Positions 1-8,343 of a stretch of DNA of 64,000 nt are shown here, piece after piece (position 1 is the first letter of the stretch; every line of letters starts with the position of its first letter). The stretch covers positions 181,624 to 245,623 of the forward strand of contig CAVZDB010000005.1 in NCBI GenBank assembly GCA_963773905.1. Direction: 5' to 3'. Under the pieces are notes generated by a model. That model ran no database searches. It saw nothing but the letters and a program-made list of their open reading frames with translations, and had not been told where the DNA came from. The position numbers were made by a program, and so were the translations under genes. This DNA is from an uncultured Acidobacteriota bacterium. Its GTDB lineage: Bacteria; Acidobacteriota; Thermoanaerobaculia; UBA5066; Gp7-AA6.

Positions 1-928
1 GTGGGAGCTCGACGCGGTGCTCGCGACCTTTCGAGGCGCCTCCGTCCCGGAGGAGGCTCTCGGGCAGGCCGTCCTGTCTCTGGGGCGCATCGTCGAGATC
101 CAGCGTGTCCTGATCCAGCAGGTCGACGTTCTGGAGACCATGACGCCTCTCGACTTCCTTGATTTCCGGGACTATCTGATCCCGGCTTCGGGCTTTCAGA
201 GCGTTCAGTTCCGCCTGATCGAGAACACGCTGGGAATGCGGCGCGGGGACCGCCTTCAGTTGAACGACGCCCCCTACACGTCGCGCTTCACCAGGGAAGA
301 TGCCGCGCGGGTCGAGGCTTCCGAGAAGGAGCCTTCCCTCTTCGACCTGATCGAGGGCTGGCTCGAGCGAACGCCCTTCCTCCACTTCGGCGAATTCGAC
401 TTCTGGCAGGAGTATCGACGAGCGGTCGACGCCATGCTCGCCGCCGACCGCTCCACGATCCGGGGCAATCCCACCCTGACGGAAGACGAGAAGGCCACAC
501 AGCTCAAGGGAGTCGAGGCGATGGTCGGTAAGTTCGCGGACCTGTTCCGGCCGGACGCCGGTGAACCCGCGTCCTCGCCGGGGCGTCACTTTTCACGGCG
601 TGCGCTCCAGGCGGCGCTGCTGATCAATCTCTATCGCGACGAGCCGATCCTGCACCTGCCCTTTCAGCTGCTGGCGATCCTCGCCGACATCGAACGGAAT
701 TTCACGACCTGGCGCCAACGCCACGCCCAGATGGTGATGCGCATGATCGGCACCCGCATCGGCACGGGCGGCTCGTCGGGTCACGAGTATCTCGACCGGA
801 CGGCCGAGCGTCACAAGGTCTTCGCGGACCTCTCGGCGCTTTCGAGTTTCTTCATTCCCCGATCGGCGCTGCCAAGGCTTCCTCCCGACGTGAGGAGCCG
901 GATGGGATTCCGGTTCGAGACTCCTTGA
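1..928 (+). CDS. kynA: Tryptophan 2,3-dioxygenase, long eukaryote-like form, 5'-truncated by the window edge
   Basis: Motifs LETMTPLDFLDFRDYLIPASGFQSVQFR and RMIGTRIGTGGSSGHEYL; the frame is open back to the window start (WELDAV). Confidence 0.93.
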   Translation, partial: WELDAVLATFRGASVPEEALGQAVLSLGRIVEIQRVLIQQVDVLETMTPLDFLDFRDYLIPASGFQSVQFRLIENTLGMRRGDRLQLNDAPYTSRFTREDAARVEASEKEPSLFDLIEGWLERTPFLHFGEFDFWQEYRRAVDAMLAADRSTIRGNPTLTEDEKATQLKGVEAMVGKFADLFRPDAGEPASSPGRHFSRRALQAALLINLYRDEPILHLPFQLLAILADIERNFTTWRQRHAQMVMRMIGTRIGTGGSSGHEYLDRTAERHKVFADLSALSSFFIPRSALPRLPPDVRSRMGFRFETP

Positions 929-947
929 TGATCGCCGGGGCAAGAGT

Positions 948-1035
948 CCCTCACCCCGACCCTCTCCTCCGAGGCCGGGGAGAGAGAGCAGGGGTGAGTT
1001 CCCTGTCCCGGCGGGAGAGGGTCAGGGTGAGGGGG
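948..1035. repeat. CCCTCACCC...GGGTGAGGG palindromic intergenic repeat, copy 1
   Basis: ccctcaccccgaccctctc...gggagagggtcagggtgaggg; related copies at 7171, 15517 and 46246. Confidence 0.75.
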
Positions 1036-1037
1036 CT

Positions 1038-1442
1038 TTACGTCCGGCCTTCGGCGATCACCTTCAGCTCGACCGAAATCGGCACCGGGAGCGCGACGAC
1101 GCCGACGGTCGTTCTCGTCGGCCGGCTCTCGAACGCCGCGAAGTACTCCCCGTAGACTCGATTGAACGCGGCGAAGTCGCGGTCGATGTCCGTCAGGAAG
1201 ACCGTCACGTCGACCACCTTCTCGAGCGAGCTCCCGGCGTCCTCGAGAATCGTCCTGACGTTCTCGATGCACGCGCGGGTCTGAGCCTCGATGCCGTCGG
1301 GGATCTGCTCGGTCTTCGGATGCCGCGGGCCGATCCCGGAGAGGAACAGCAGATTTCCGACCCGGCGCGCGTGCGGATAGGGACCGAGGGGCCGCGGCGC
1401 GCGGGAGGAAACGGTTTCCGGCTTCCCCGGGGTCGGAGTCAC
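1038..1442 (-). CDS. RidA/YjgF family protein, probable 2-aminomuconate deaminase
   Basis: [29 protein letters not shown] and PTRTTVGV motifs; the specific function is inferred from the kynurenine cluster context. Confidence 0.85.
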   Translation of the reverse strand: MTPTPGKPETVSSRAPRPLGPYPHARRVGNLLFLSGIGPRHPKTEQIPDGIEAQTRACIENVRTILEDAGSSLEKVVDVTVFLTDIDRDFAAFNRVYGEYFAAFESRPTRTTVGVVALPVPISVELKVIAEGRT

Positions 1443-1468
1443 GCCGCATATACTACGGGACCAACGCC

Positions 1469-1993
1469 ATGGAATCGAAGGCGCTCAATTTCCAGCGGTG
1501 GATCGACGAGCACCGGAGCCTGCTGAAGCCGCCGGTCGGCAACAAGAAGGTCTTCGAGGAAGACGACTTCATCGTCATGGTCGTCGGCGGGCCGAACAGC
1601 CGCAAGGACTACCACATCGACGAGGGGCCGGAGTTCTTCTACCAGCTCGAAGGCGAGATGGTCCTGAAGACGATCCAGGGCGGCAAGGTCGTGGACGTCC
1701 CGATCCGCGCCGGCGAGATCTATCTTCATCCGCCGCGCGTTCCGCACTCGCCGCAGCGGATGCCGAACTCCGTGGGTCTCGTCATCGAACGCAAGCGGCT
1801 CCCGCACGAGAAGGACGGGCTCCAGTGGTACTGCGACAACTGCACGTCGTTGCTCTACGAGGAGTTCTTCACCCTCGCCAACGTCGAGAAGGATTTCCCG
1901 CCCATCTTCGACCGGTTCTTCGCCGACGAGAAGAAACGCACGTGCAAGACGTGCGGCACGGTGATGCCCAAGCCGCCTGCGCCCGGCGCCTGA
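1469..1993 (+). CDS. nbaC: 3-hydroxyanthranilate 3,4-dioxygenase
   Basis: [25 protein letters not shown] and rubredoxin-like CDNC...CKTC motifs. Confidence 0.95.
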   Translation: MESKALNFQRWIDEHRSLLKPPVGNKKVFEEDDFIVMVVGGPNSRKDYHIDEGPEFFYQLEGEMVLKTIQGGKVVDVPIRAGEIYLHPPRVPHSPQRMPNSVGLVIERKRLPHEKDGLQWYCDNCTSLLYEEFFTLANVEKDFPPIFDRFFADEKKRTCKTCGTVMPKPPAPGA

Positions 1994-1994
1994 C

Positions 1995-3012
1995 TTGCTG
2001 AAGATCGACGTTCATACCCACATCCTTCCCGAGAGGCTGCCCGACTTCCGCAACACATCGGGGGGCGAGAGGTTCGTCCGGATCGTGCACGAGTCGCCCC
2101 GCAGCGGCCGCGCGCGGATGATGGTGAACGGTTCTCTTTTCCGCGAGATCGAGAGCAACAGCTGGAGCGTCGAGGCGCGCCTGGCCGAATGCGACGCGGA
2201 TGGCGTCGGCGTCCAGGTCCTCTCGACGGTCCCGGTCCTGTTCAGCTACTGGGCAGAGCCCGATCCCGCGATCGAGCTCGCGAGGCACCTGAACGACCAC
2301 ATCGCCGGGGTCGTGGCCGCGTATCCTCGGCGCTTCATCGGCCTCGGAACGGTCCCGATGCAGAGCCCCGACCTCGCGATTCGGGAGCTCGAGCGCTGCA
2401 TGAGCGACCTGGGGCTCGTAGGCGTAGAGATCGGCTCGAACGTCAACGGGGCGAACCTCGACAGCCCGGAGCTCTTCCCGATCTTCGAGGCGGCCGCGTC
2501 GCTCGGCGCCGCCGTCTTCGTCCACCCGTGGGAGGTGGCCGGCCGCGACCGGATGGAGCGTTACTGGCTCCCCTGGCTCGTGGGGATGCCCGCCGAGACT
2601 TCGCTCGCGATCTGCTCGCTCATCTTCGGCGGAGTGCTCGAGAGGCTGCCGGCCCTGCGGATCGCCTTCGCCCACGGCGGCGGCGCCTTTCCGGCGACGA
2701 TCGGGCGAATCGCCCACGGCTTCGACGTGCGGCCGGACCTGTGCGCCGTGACCAACGGCGTCTCCCCGCGGGAGTATCTGCGTCGGATCTACCTCGACTC
2801 GCTCGTGCACGACCCGCTGATGCTTCGCTACCTCGTCGACCTGATGGGCGCCGATCGCATTGCGCTGGGCAGCGACTATCCCTTCCCGCTCGGCGAGGCT
2901 CGCCCGGGAGCGCTGATCGATTCGTGCGGGTTTCCGGAGGAGACGCGCGCGCGGCTGCTGCACGGCACCGCGCTCGAGTGGCTGGGGCTTCCCGCGGGCG
3001 CGCTTCCAGTGA
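1995..3012 (+). CDS. 2-amino-3-carboxymuconate-6-semialdehyde decarboxylase (ACMSD, amidohydrolase); read as fused to kynU in the ORF track
   Basis: IDVHTH, FVHPW, WLVGMPAET, FAHGGG and GSDYPFPLGE motifs; probable true stop is TGA 3010-3012 if one G near 2996 is an error. Confidence 0.88.
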
Positions 3013-4304
3013 ACGCTCCCTTTCAGACAGGACGCGACTTCGCGCTTGTCCAGGACCGAGAAGACCCGCTCGGCCGGTTCCGGGAGGAGTTCCGCATTCC
3101 GAAGACCGAGCGCGGCGAAGACGAGATCTACTTCGCCGGCAACTCGCTGGGGCTGATGCCGAAAAGAGCTCCCCGGTACGTCGTGGAGGAGCTGGAGAAG
3201 TGGAAGCGGCTCGCCGTCAAGGCGCATTTCTCCGGGGAGAATCCCTGGATGCCGTACCACGAGTTTCTCGCGGAGCCGATGGCAAACCTCGTGGGCGCCT
3301 CTTCGTCGCCGAGCGAAGTCGTGACGATGAACTCGCTCACCGTCAACCTTCATCTGATGATGGCCAGCTTCTACCGTCCCACCCGCGAGCGTCATCGGAT
3401 TCTCCTCGAGGACCATGCGTTCCCCTCCGACGACTACGCGCTGGAGTCTCAGGCCATTCTCCACGGCTTCGACCCGGCCGAAGCGCTCCAGCGGCTGCGC
3501 CCGGTCGAGGGGAAGCATTCGATCGACACTGCGGAAATCGCCGATGTCCTCGAGCGCGATGGTGGGTCGATCGCGTTGGTCCTGCTTCCGGGAGTCCAGT
3601 ACTACACGGGCCAGGCCTTCGATATCGAGGCGATCACCCGACTCGCGCACGCGAAGGGCTGCGTCGTCGGCTTCGACCTCGCGCACGCGGCCGGGAACCT
3701 GGTGCTGCGCCTCCATGACTGGAACGTGGATTTCGCCGTGTGGTGCACCTACAAGTACCTCAACTCGGGCCCGGGCTCGGTGGGCGGCTGCTTCGTCCAC
3801 CAGCGGCACGGCATGAAGAAAGATCTGCCGCGTCTGGCCGGCTGGTGGGGCCACGACAAGGAATCGCGCTTCCGGATGGAGCCCGGGTTTCGACCGATCC
3901 CCGGCGCGGAGGGATGGCAAGTCTCGAACCCTCCGATCCTCTCTCTCGCGGCGATTCGCGCCTCGCTCGACGTCTTCCGGGAAGCGGGCGGCATGGACCC
4001 GCTGCGGGAAAAGTCGCTCCGCCTCACGGGCTACCTCGAGTGGCTCCTTCAGCGGGAAGCCGCCGATTCGGTCGAGATCCTCACTCCCGCGGATCCGCGC
4101 CAGAGGGGATGCCAGCTCTCGTTTCGCGTGAAGTCGAGCGGCTCCTCGAAGGGGTCCGGAAGATCCGTCCTCGAAAACCTCGAAGCCTCCGGCGTCACCT
4201 GCGACTGGCGCGAGCCGGACGTAATTCGCGTGGCGCCCGTGCCGCTCTACAACCGGTACGAGGAGGTCCACCGCTTCGTCGGGATGCTTCGGAGCGCGCT
4301 ATGA
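3009..4304 (+). CDS. kynU: Kynureninase
   Basis: IYFAGNSLGLMP, FDLAHAAGN and WCTYKYLNSGPG (PLP lysine) motifs; GTG start at 3009. Confidence 0.95.
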   Translation: MNAPFQTGRDFALVQDREDPLGRFREEFRIPKTERGEDEIYFAGNSLGLMPKRAPRYVVEELEKWKRLAVKAHFSGENPWMPYHEFLAEPMANLVGASSSPSEVVTMNSLTVNLHLMMASFYRPTRERHRILLEDHAFPSDDYALESQAILHGFDPAEALQRLRPVEGKHSIDTAEIADVLERDGGSIALVLLPGVQYYTGQAFDIEAITRLAHAKGCVVGFDLAHAAGNLVLRLHDWNVDFAVWCTYKYLNSGPGSVGGCFVHQRHGMKKDLPRLAGWWGHDKESRFRMEPGFRPIPGAEGWQVSNPPILSLAAIRASLDVFREAGGMDPLREKSLRLTGYLEWLLQREAADSVEILTPADPRQRGCQLSFRVKSSGSSKGSGRSVLENLEASGVTCDWREPDVIRVAPVPLYNRYEEVHRFVGMLRSAL

Positions 4305-4317
4305 GGCGCGTTGTCGC

Positions 4318-4396
4318 GGGATCCTTCGTCGCTTCGCTCCTCGGGATGACTGGCGAACATTCTTTGCCGTCATCCCGAGCGATTGCGAGGGATTCC
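4318..4396. repeat. GTCATCC...GGATGAC palindromic repeat (half elements)
   Basis: gggatccttcgtcgcttcgctcctcgggatgac followed by gtcatcccgagcga; same family as 5823, 7065 and 42853. Confidence 0.75.
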
Positions 4397-4436
4397 GTCA
4401 CCGGCAGGCTCTGAGCCGACCTCTGCCAGCCGCGCA

Positions 4437-5789
4437 ATGAAATCCCCCCGCTCCACCCCCGAGATCACGCTCGTCGGCGCCGGTCTCGCCGGATCGCTCC
4501 TCTCGATCTTCCTGGCCCGGCGCGGGCATCGCGTGACGCTCCTCGAGCGCCGCCTCGATCCCCGGAAGACCAGCGCGTCGGCCGGCCGCTCCATCAACCT
4601 GGCGCTCGCCAATCGCGGCATCGCCGCGCTCGAAGAGGTCGGCGTGATGGAGAGCGTCCGCCGCGAGCTCATCCCCATGGCGGGAAGGATGCTCCACGAC
4701 GAGGAGGGGCGGCTCAAGCGCATTCCCTACGGCAACAAGCCGCACGAGGTCATCTACTCGGTCTCGCGTGCGGGCCTGAATACGCTCCTGCTCGATGCGG
4801 CGGAGGCGACCGGCAGAGTCTCCATCCGGTTCGGCGAGACCGTCGGCGGCGTCGATTTCGCGAACCGCCAAGTGCGGCCGCAAGCGTCGCCCTACGAGGT
4901 CCTCATCGGGACGGACGGGAGCGCCTCGGCGATTCGCGCCGCGATCCTGGAACGCGCGGGCGGACGGCTCGACGAGGAGCCGCTCGGCCACGGGTACAAG
5001 GAGCTCACGATCCCCGCGGCCGAGGGCGGGCAGTTTCGGATGGAGAAGAACGGCCTCCATATCTGGCCGCGCGGCGAATACATGCTGATCGCGCTCCCCA
5101 ACATCGACGGCAGCTTCACCGTGACCCTGTTCCTACCGAACCAGGGAGAAGAGAGCTTCGAGGCCCTGACGACTCCCGCGGCCGTCCACGCGCTCTTCGA
5201 GCGCCGGTTCGCCGACGCGATTCCGCTCATGCCTCGCCTCGCCGAGAACTTCTTCGCGAACCCCATCGGCCATCTCGAGACGATCCGCTGCGCGCCCTGG
5301 TCCTTCGAGGATCAGGCGCTCGTCCTGGGCGACGCCGCGCACGCGATCGTTCCCTTTCACGGACAGGGCATGAACGCGGCGTTCGAAGACTGCAGCGCCT
5401 TCGACCGATGCCTGGAGAACCCGGACCGCCCGTGGGACGCGATCTTCGAGGAATTCGAGAAGCGCCGCCGGCCCGATACCGACGCGATCGCCGACATGGC
5501 GCTCGAGAACTACGTCGAGATGCGGTCGACGGTCCGGGAGCCGAAGTTTCAGCTGAAAAAGGACCTGTCCTTCCGCCTCGAGGAGCGGCATCCCGGACGG
5601 TTCATTCCCCGCTACTCGATGGTGATGTTCCACACGATTCCCTACGCCGAGGCCAAGCGGCGGGGAGCGATCCAGGAGCAAATCCTCGACGAGCTGACGA
5701 GCGCGACGAGCGCGACAGGGAAAGTCGTGGGCCTCGACGAGGTCGACCTCGCGCGCGCCGACCGGCTCATCGCCGAGCGGCTGGAGTAG
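4437..5789 (+). CDS. kmo: Kynurenine 3-monooxygenase
   Basis: GAGLAG FAD motif, GRSINLALA, LHIWPRG, GDAAHAIVPFHGQGMN and DMALENYVEMR. Confidence 0.93.
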   Translation: MKSPRSTPEITLVGAGLAGSLLSIFLARRGHRVTLLERRLDPRKTSASAGRSINLALANRGIAALEEVGVMESVRRELIPMAGRMLHDEEGRLKRIPYGNKPHEVIYSVSRAGLNTLLLDAAEATGRVSIRFGETVGGVDFANRQVRPQASPYEVLIGTDGSASAIRAAILERAGGRLDEEPLGHGYKELTIPAAEGGQFRMEKNGLHIWPRGEYMLIALPNIDGSFTVTLFLPNQGEESFEALTTPAAVHALFERRFADAIPLMPRLAENFFANPIGHLETIRCAPWSFEDQALVLGDAAHAIVPFHGQGMNAAFEDCSAFDRCLENPDRPWDAIFEEFEKRRRPDTDAIADMALENYVEMRSTVREPKFQLKKDLSFRLEERHPGRFIPRYSMVMFHTIPYAEAKRRGAIQEQILDELTSATSATGKVVGLDEVDLARADRLIAERLE

Positions 5790-5822
5790 GAGCGACTGCT
5801 CTCAGGAGCGCGCCCCATAGCC

Positions 5823-5909
5823 GTCATCCCCAGCGGAAGCGATTGATCCCGTCACTGCCGCCATCTCGGCACGAACGCACGGGATCCTTCGCCTTCGGCT
5901 CAGGATGAC
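5823..5909. repeat. GTCATCC...GGATGAC palindromic repeat
   Basis: gtcatcccc...gatcccgtcactgcc...gaacgcacgggatccttcgccttcggctcaggatgac. Confidence 0.8.
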
Positions 5910-5941
5910 CACATTCAGGACCGGCTTTCCCCAGGCGGAAA

Positions 5942-6982
5942 TCAGGACCCCGGCCGACTGCGCTCCCCCGTCACGTCGAGGAACACGTCCGCGACGTAAG
6001 GGAGCGCCTCGCGGATGCGCCGGTCGAGGTCGTCCATCGCGCGGCCGAGGCGGTCGATGTCGAGCTTCCGCGATGGCCGGATCTTGGCCACGACGATCAC
6101 CTCCTCGGGCCCCGAGTACATCGCGCGCAGCGCCAGCACTTCCTCGACCGCCGCATCCCCCTCGAGAATCGCGCGCAGGCGCTGGAGCTGGCCCTCGGGG
6201 ATCGAGCGCCCCACCAGGAAATCCGCGAACGGCCGCGCGAGCGCGAACGCGGTCACCGCGAGCAGCACGCCGATCAAAAGCGACGCCACCGAGTCCGGGG
6301 TGCCGGTGCCGAGGATCTGGCTCAAGGCGAGGCCGCCCGCGGCCAGGATCAGGCCGATGAGCGCCGCGCTGTCCTCGACGAGGACCGCGCGCACGACCGG
6401 ATCGCTCGAGAGCGCGAGATAGCGCGGCACGGTGACGCCGTAGTCCCTGGCCTGAAGCCGCGCCTGCCGCAGCCCCTGCAACCAGGACGCCCCATCCGCC
6501 AGGAAGGAGACCGCGAGGACGATCCACGCCCACGACGTGCCTCCGACCGTGTGGTGCGACCTCAGCCTCGCAATCGCGATGGCGATCGAGAGGCAGCCTC
6601 CGATCAGGAACGAGGTGATCGCCGCCATGAAGGCCCAGAGGAAGCGCTCGCGCGCATGACCGAGGGGATGCGCCGCGTCCGGCGGCTGGCTGGCACGGTA
6701 GAGGCCGATCGCGAGGAACAGCTCGTTGACGCAGTCGGCGGCCGAGTGCGCGGCCTCCGCAAGCAGCCCGCCGGACCGGGAGACGATTCCTGCGAACAGC
6801 TTGGCGGCGGCGATGGCGGCGTTGGCGGCGAGCGCGATGACGATCGTGCGCACGCTCTCGCCCTCCTGGGCGCGGCGCAGCGCGGTGGCGGAACGCGGCG
6901 CCGCCAGGAGGATCCGCATGCTCCTCGTCAGCTTCGCCGCGGGACTGCTTCGAACGAGCGCAACGTCCGGCTCCTCACGCAT
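5942..6982 (-). CDS. Cation diffusion facilitator family transporter
   Basis: AEAAHSAAD, HPLGHARERFLW and LVEDSAALIGL motifs; several TM helices plus a C-terminal cytoplasmic domain. Confidence 0.88.
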   Translation of the reverse strand: MREEPDVALVRSSPAAKLTRSMRILLAAPRSATALRRAQEGESVRTIVIALAANAAIAAAKLFAGIVSRSGGLLAEAAHSAADCVNELFLAIGLYRASQPPDAAHPLGHARERFLWAFMAAITSFLIGGCLSIAIAIARLRSHHTVGGTSWAWIVLAVSFLADGASWLQGLRQARLQARDYGVTVPRYLALSSDPVVRAVLVEDSAALIGLILAAGGLALSQILGTGTPDSVASLLIGVLLAVTAFALARPFADFLVGRSIPEGQLQRLRAILEGDAAVEEVLALRAMYSGPEEVIVVAKIRPSRKLDIDRLGRAMDDLDRRIREALPYVADVFLDVTGERSRPGS

Positions 6983-7064
6983 GGCGAGCGCATTGTCTCT
7001 CGGGGTCAGTAGACATCACGGGGTGAGGACGAGCCTCCCTACGCCGTCATCCGTCTCTTAGGCC

Positions 7065-7156
7065 GTCATCCTGAGGAGCGAAGCGACAAAGGATCCCGTC
7101 ACTGCCAGCCTCATGGCTTGAACGCACGGGATCCTTCGCCTTCGGCTCAGGATGAC
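7065..7156. repeat. GTCATCC...GGATGAC palindromic repeat
   Basis: Closely matches the 5823-5909 copy, in the same orientation. Confidence 0.8.
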
Positions 7157-7170
7157 GAGAGAGGAGGGCT

Positions 7171-7276
7171 CCCCTCACCCCAACCCGGTCCCGCCGGGAG
7201 AGGGGGTAAGAGGAGCACGGCGATCAAAAAGACATTCCCTCTCCCCCGGCGGGGGAGAGGGCCAGGATGAGGGGGG
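7171..7276. repeat. CCCTCACCC palindromic repeat, copy 2
   Basis: cccctcaccccaacc...gggggagagggccaggatgagggg. Confidence 0.7.
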
Positions 7277-7281
7277 CTCCC

Positions 7282-8049
7282 CTACCACCCCTTCGCGGGG
7301 CGGAAGATCGCGAAGACCGCTCCCTGCGGGTCCGCGAGCACGGAGAAGCGGCCCATGTCCGGGATGTTGGTCGGCGGGACGATCGTCTTCCCGCCGCTCT
7401 TCTCCGCCTTCGCGGCGGTCGCGTCGACGTCGTCGGCCGCGAAGTAGACGAGCCAGCTCGGCGGCATGGGCCCCCACTCCTCGGGGATCTTCATCATGCC
7501 GCCGATCGACGTGTCGTTCTTCTGCCACTCCGTGTACTCGGGGCTGACCTTCGCGCCCCAGCCGAAGAGGCCCGTGTAGAACTTCTGCGCGCTCACCGTG
7601 TCGTTCGTGTCGAGCTCGGCCCAGCACAGCGCGCCCGGCTCGTTCACGACCTGGGCGCCGATGTGCTGCTTCGCCTGCCAGAGGCAGATCGTCCCGCCCT
7701 GCGGATCCTGGACGACCGCCATCCGGCCGTACTCCATGACGTCGAAGGCTTCCGCGACGACCTTGCCGCCGAGGTCCTTCGCCTTCTTCGCGGACGCGTC
7801 GGCGGAGGCAACGGTCACGTACGTGTTCCAGTGCGGCGGGATGTTCGTCTGCTTCGGGTCCTTGTACAGCGCGCCGACGCTTCGGCCGCCCTTCTTGAGC
7901 GTGGTGTAGACCATGTCCGGACCCGCCGGTGAATCCTCGAACCCCCAGCCGAAGAGGCCCGCGTAAAAGGTCTTGGCCGCGGCGGGGTCGCTCGTCGCGA
8001 GTTCGGCCCAGCTGAAGCTTCCGGGATCGTGCTTGTCGACCTGAGTCAT
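7282..8049 (-). CDS. Two-domain VOC/glyoxalase family protein
   Basis: Repeated WAELxT...FYxGLFGW and GRxAVxxDPQG motifs; ATG at 8049. Confidence 0.9.
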   Translation of the reverse strand: MTQVDKHDPGSFSWAELATSDPAAAKTFYAGLFGWGFEDSPAGPDMVYTTLKKGGRSVGALYKDPKQTNIPPHWNTYVTVASADASAKKAKDLGGKVVAEAFDVMEYGRMAVVQDPQGGTICLWQAKQHIGAQVVNEPGALCWAELDTNDTVSAQKFYTGLFGWGAKVSPEYTEWQKNDTSIGGMMKIPEEWGPMPPSWLVYFAADDVDATAAKAEKSGGKTIVPPTNIPDMGRFSVLADPQGAVFAIFRPAKGW

Positions 8050-8343
8050 GCAGAGTCCTCCTGAGCGGACGTACGGTTGAACGGGGACGAGGGTTTCCGG
8101 TCGAGAGCGCCTCAATCCACTCCCCGGCGGCAAAGGTCTTCTGGTCTGACCCCAGTCCCTGGCCGTTTGAGTTTCTGATGAATCGCTGATCGAAATCCAG
8201 ATTGCGCGTGTCGACTCTCGCGGCGTACACCCGTGGTTGGGGTTCCGAAGGGGTTGGCCATGAAGGCATCACGAAGGGTCGAAGATTGGGACGGACGCCT
8301 CGACGCACCTGGCATAGTCTCGATCCTCCCGAGGAGGCCCGTC

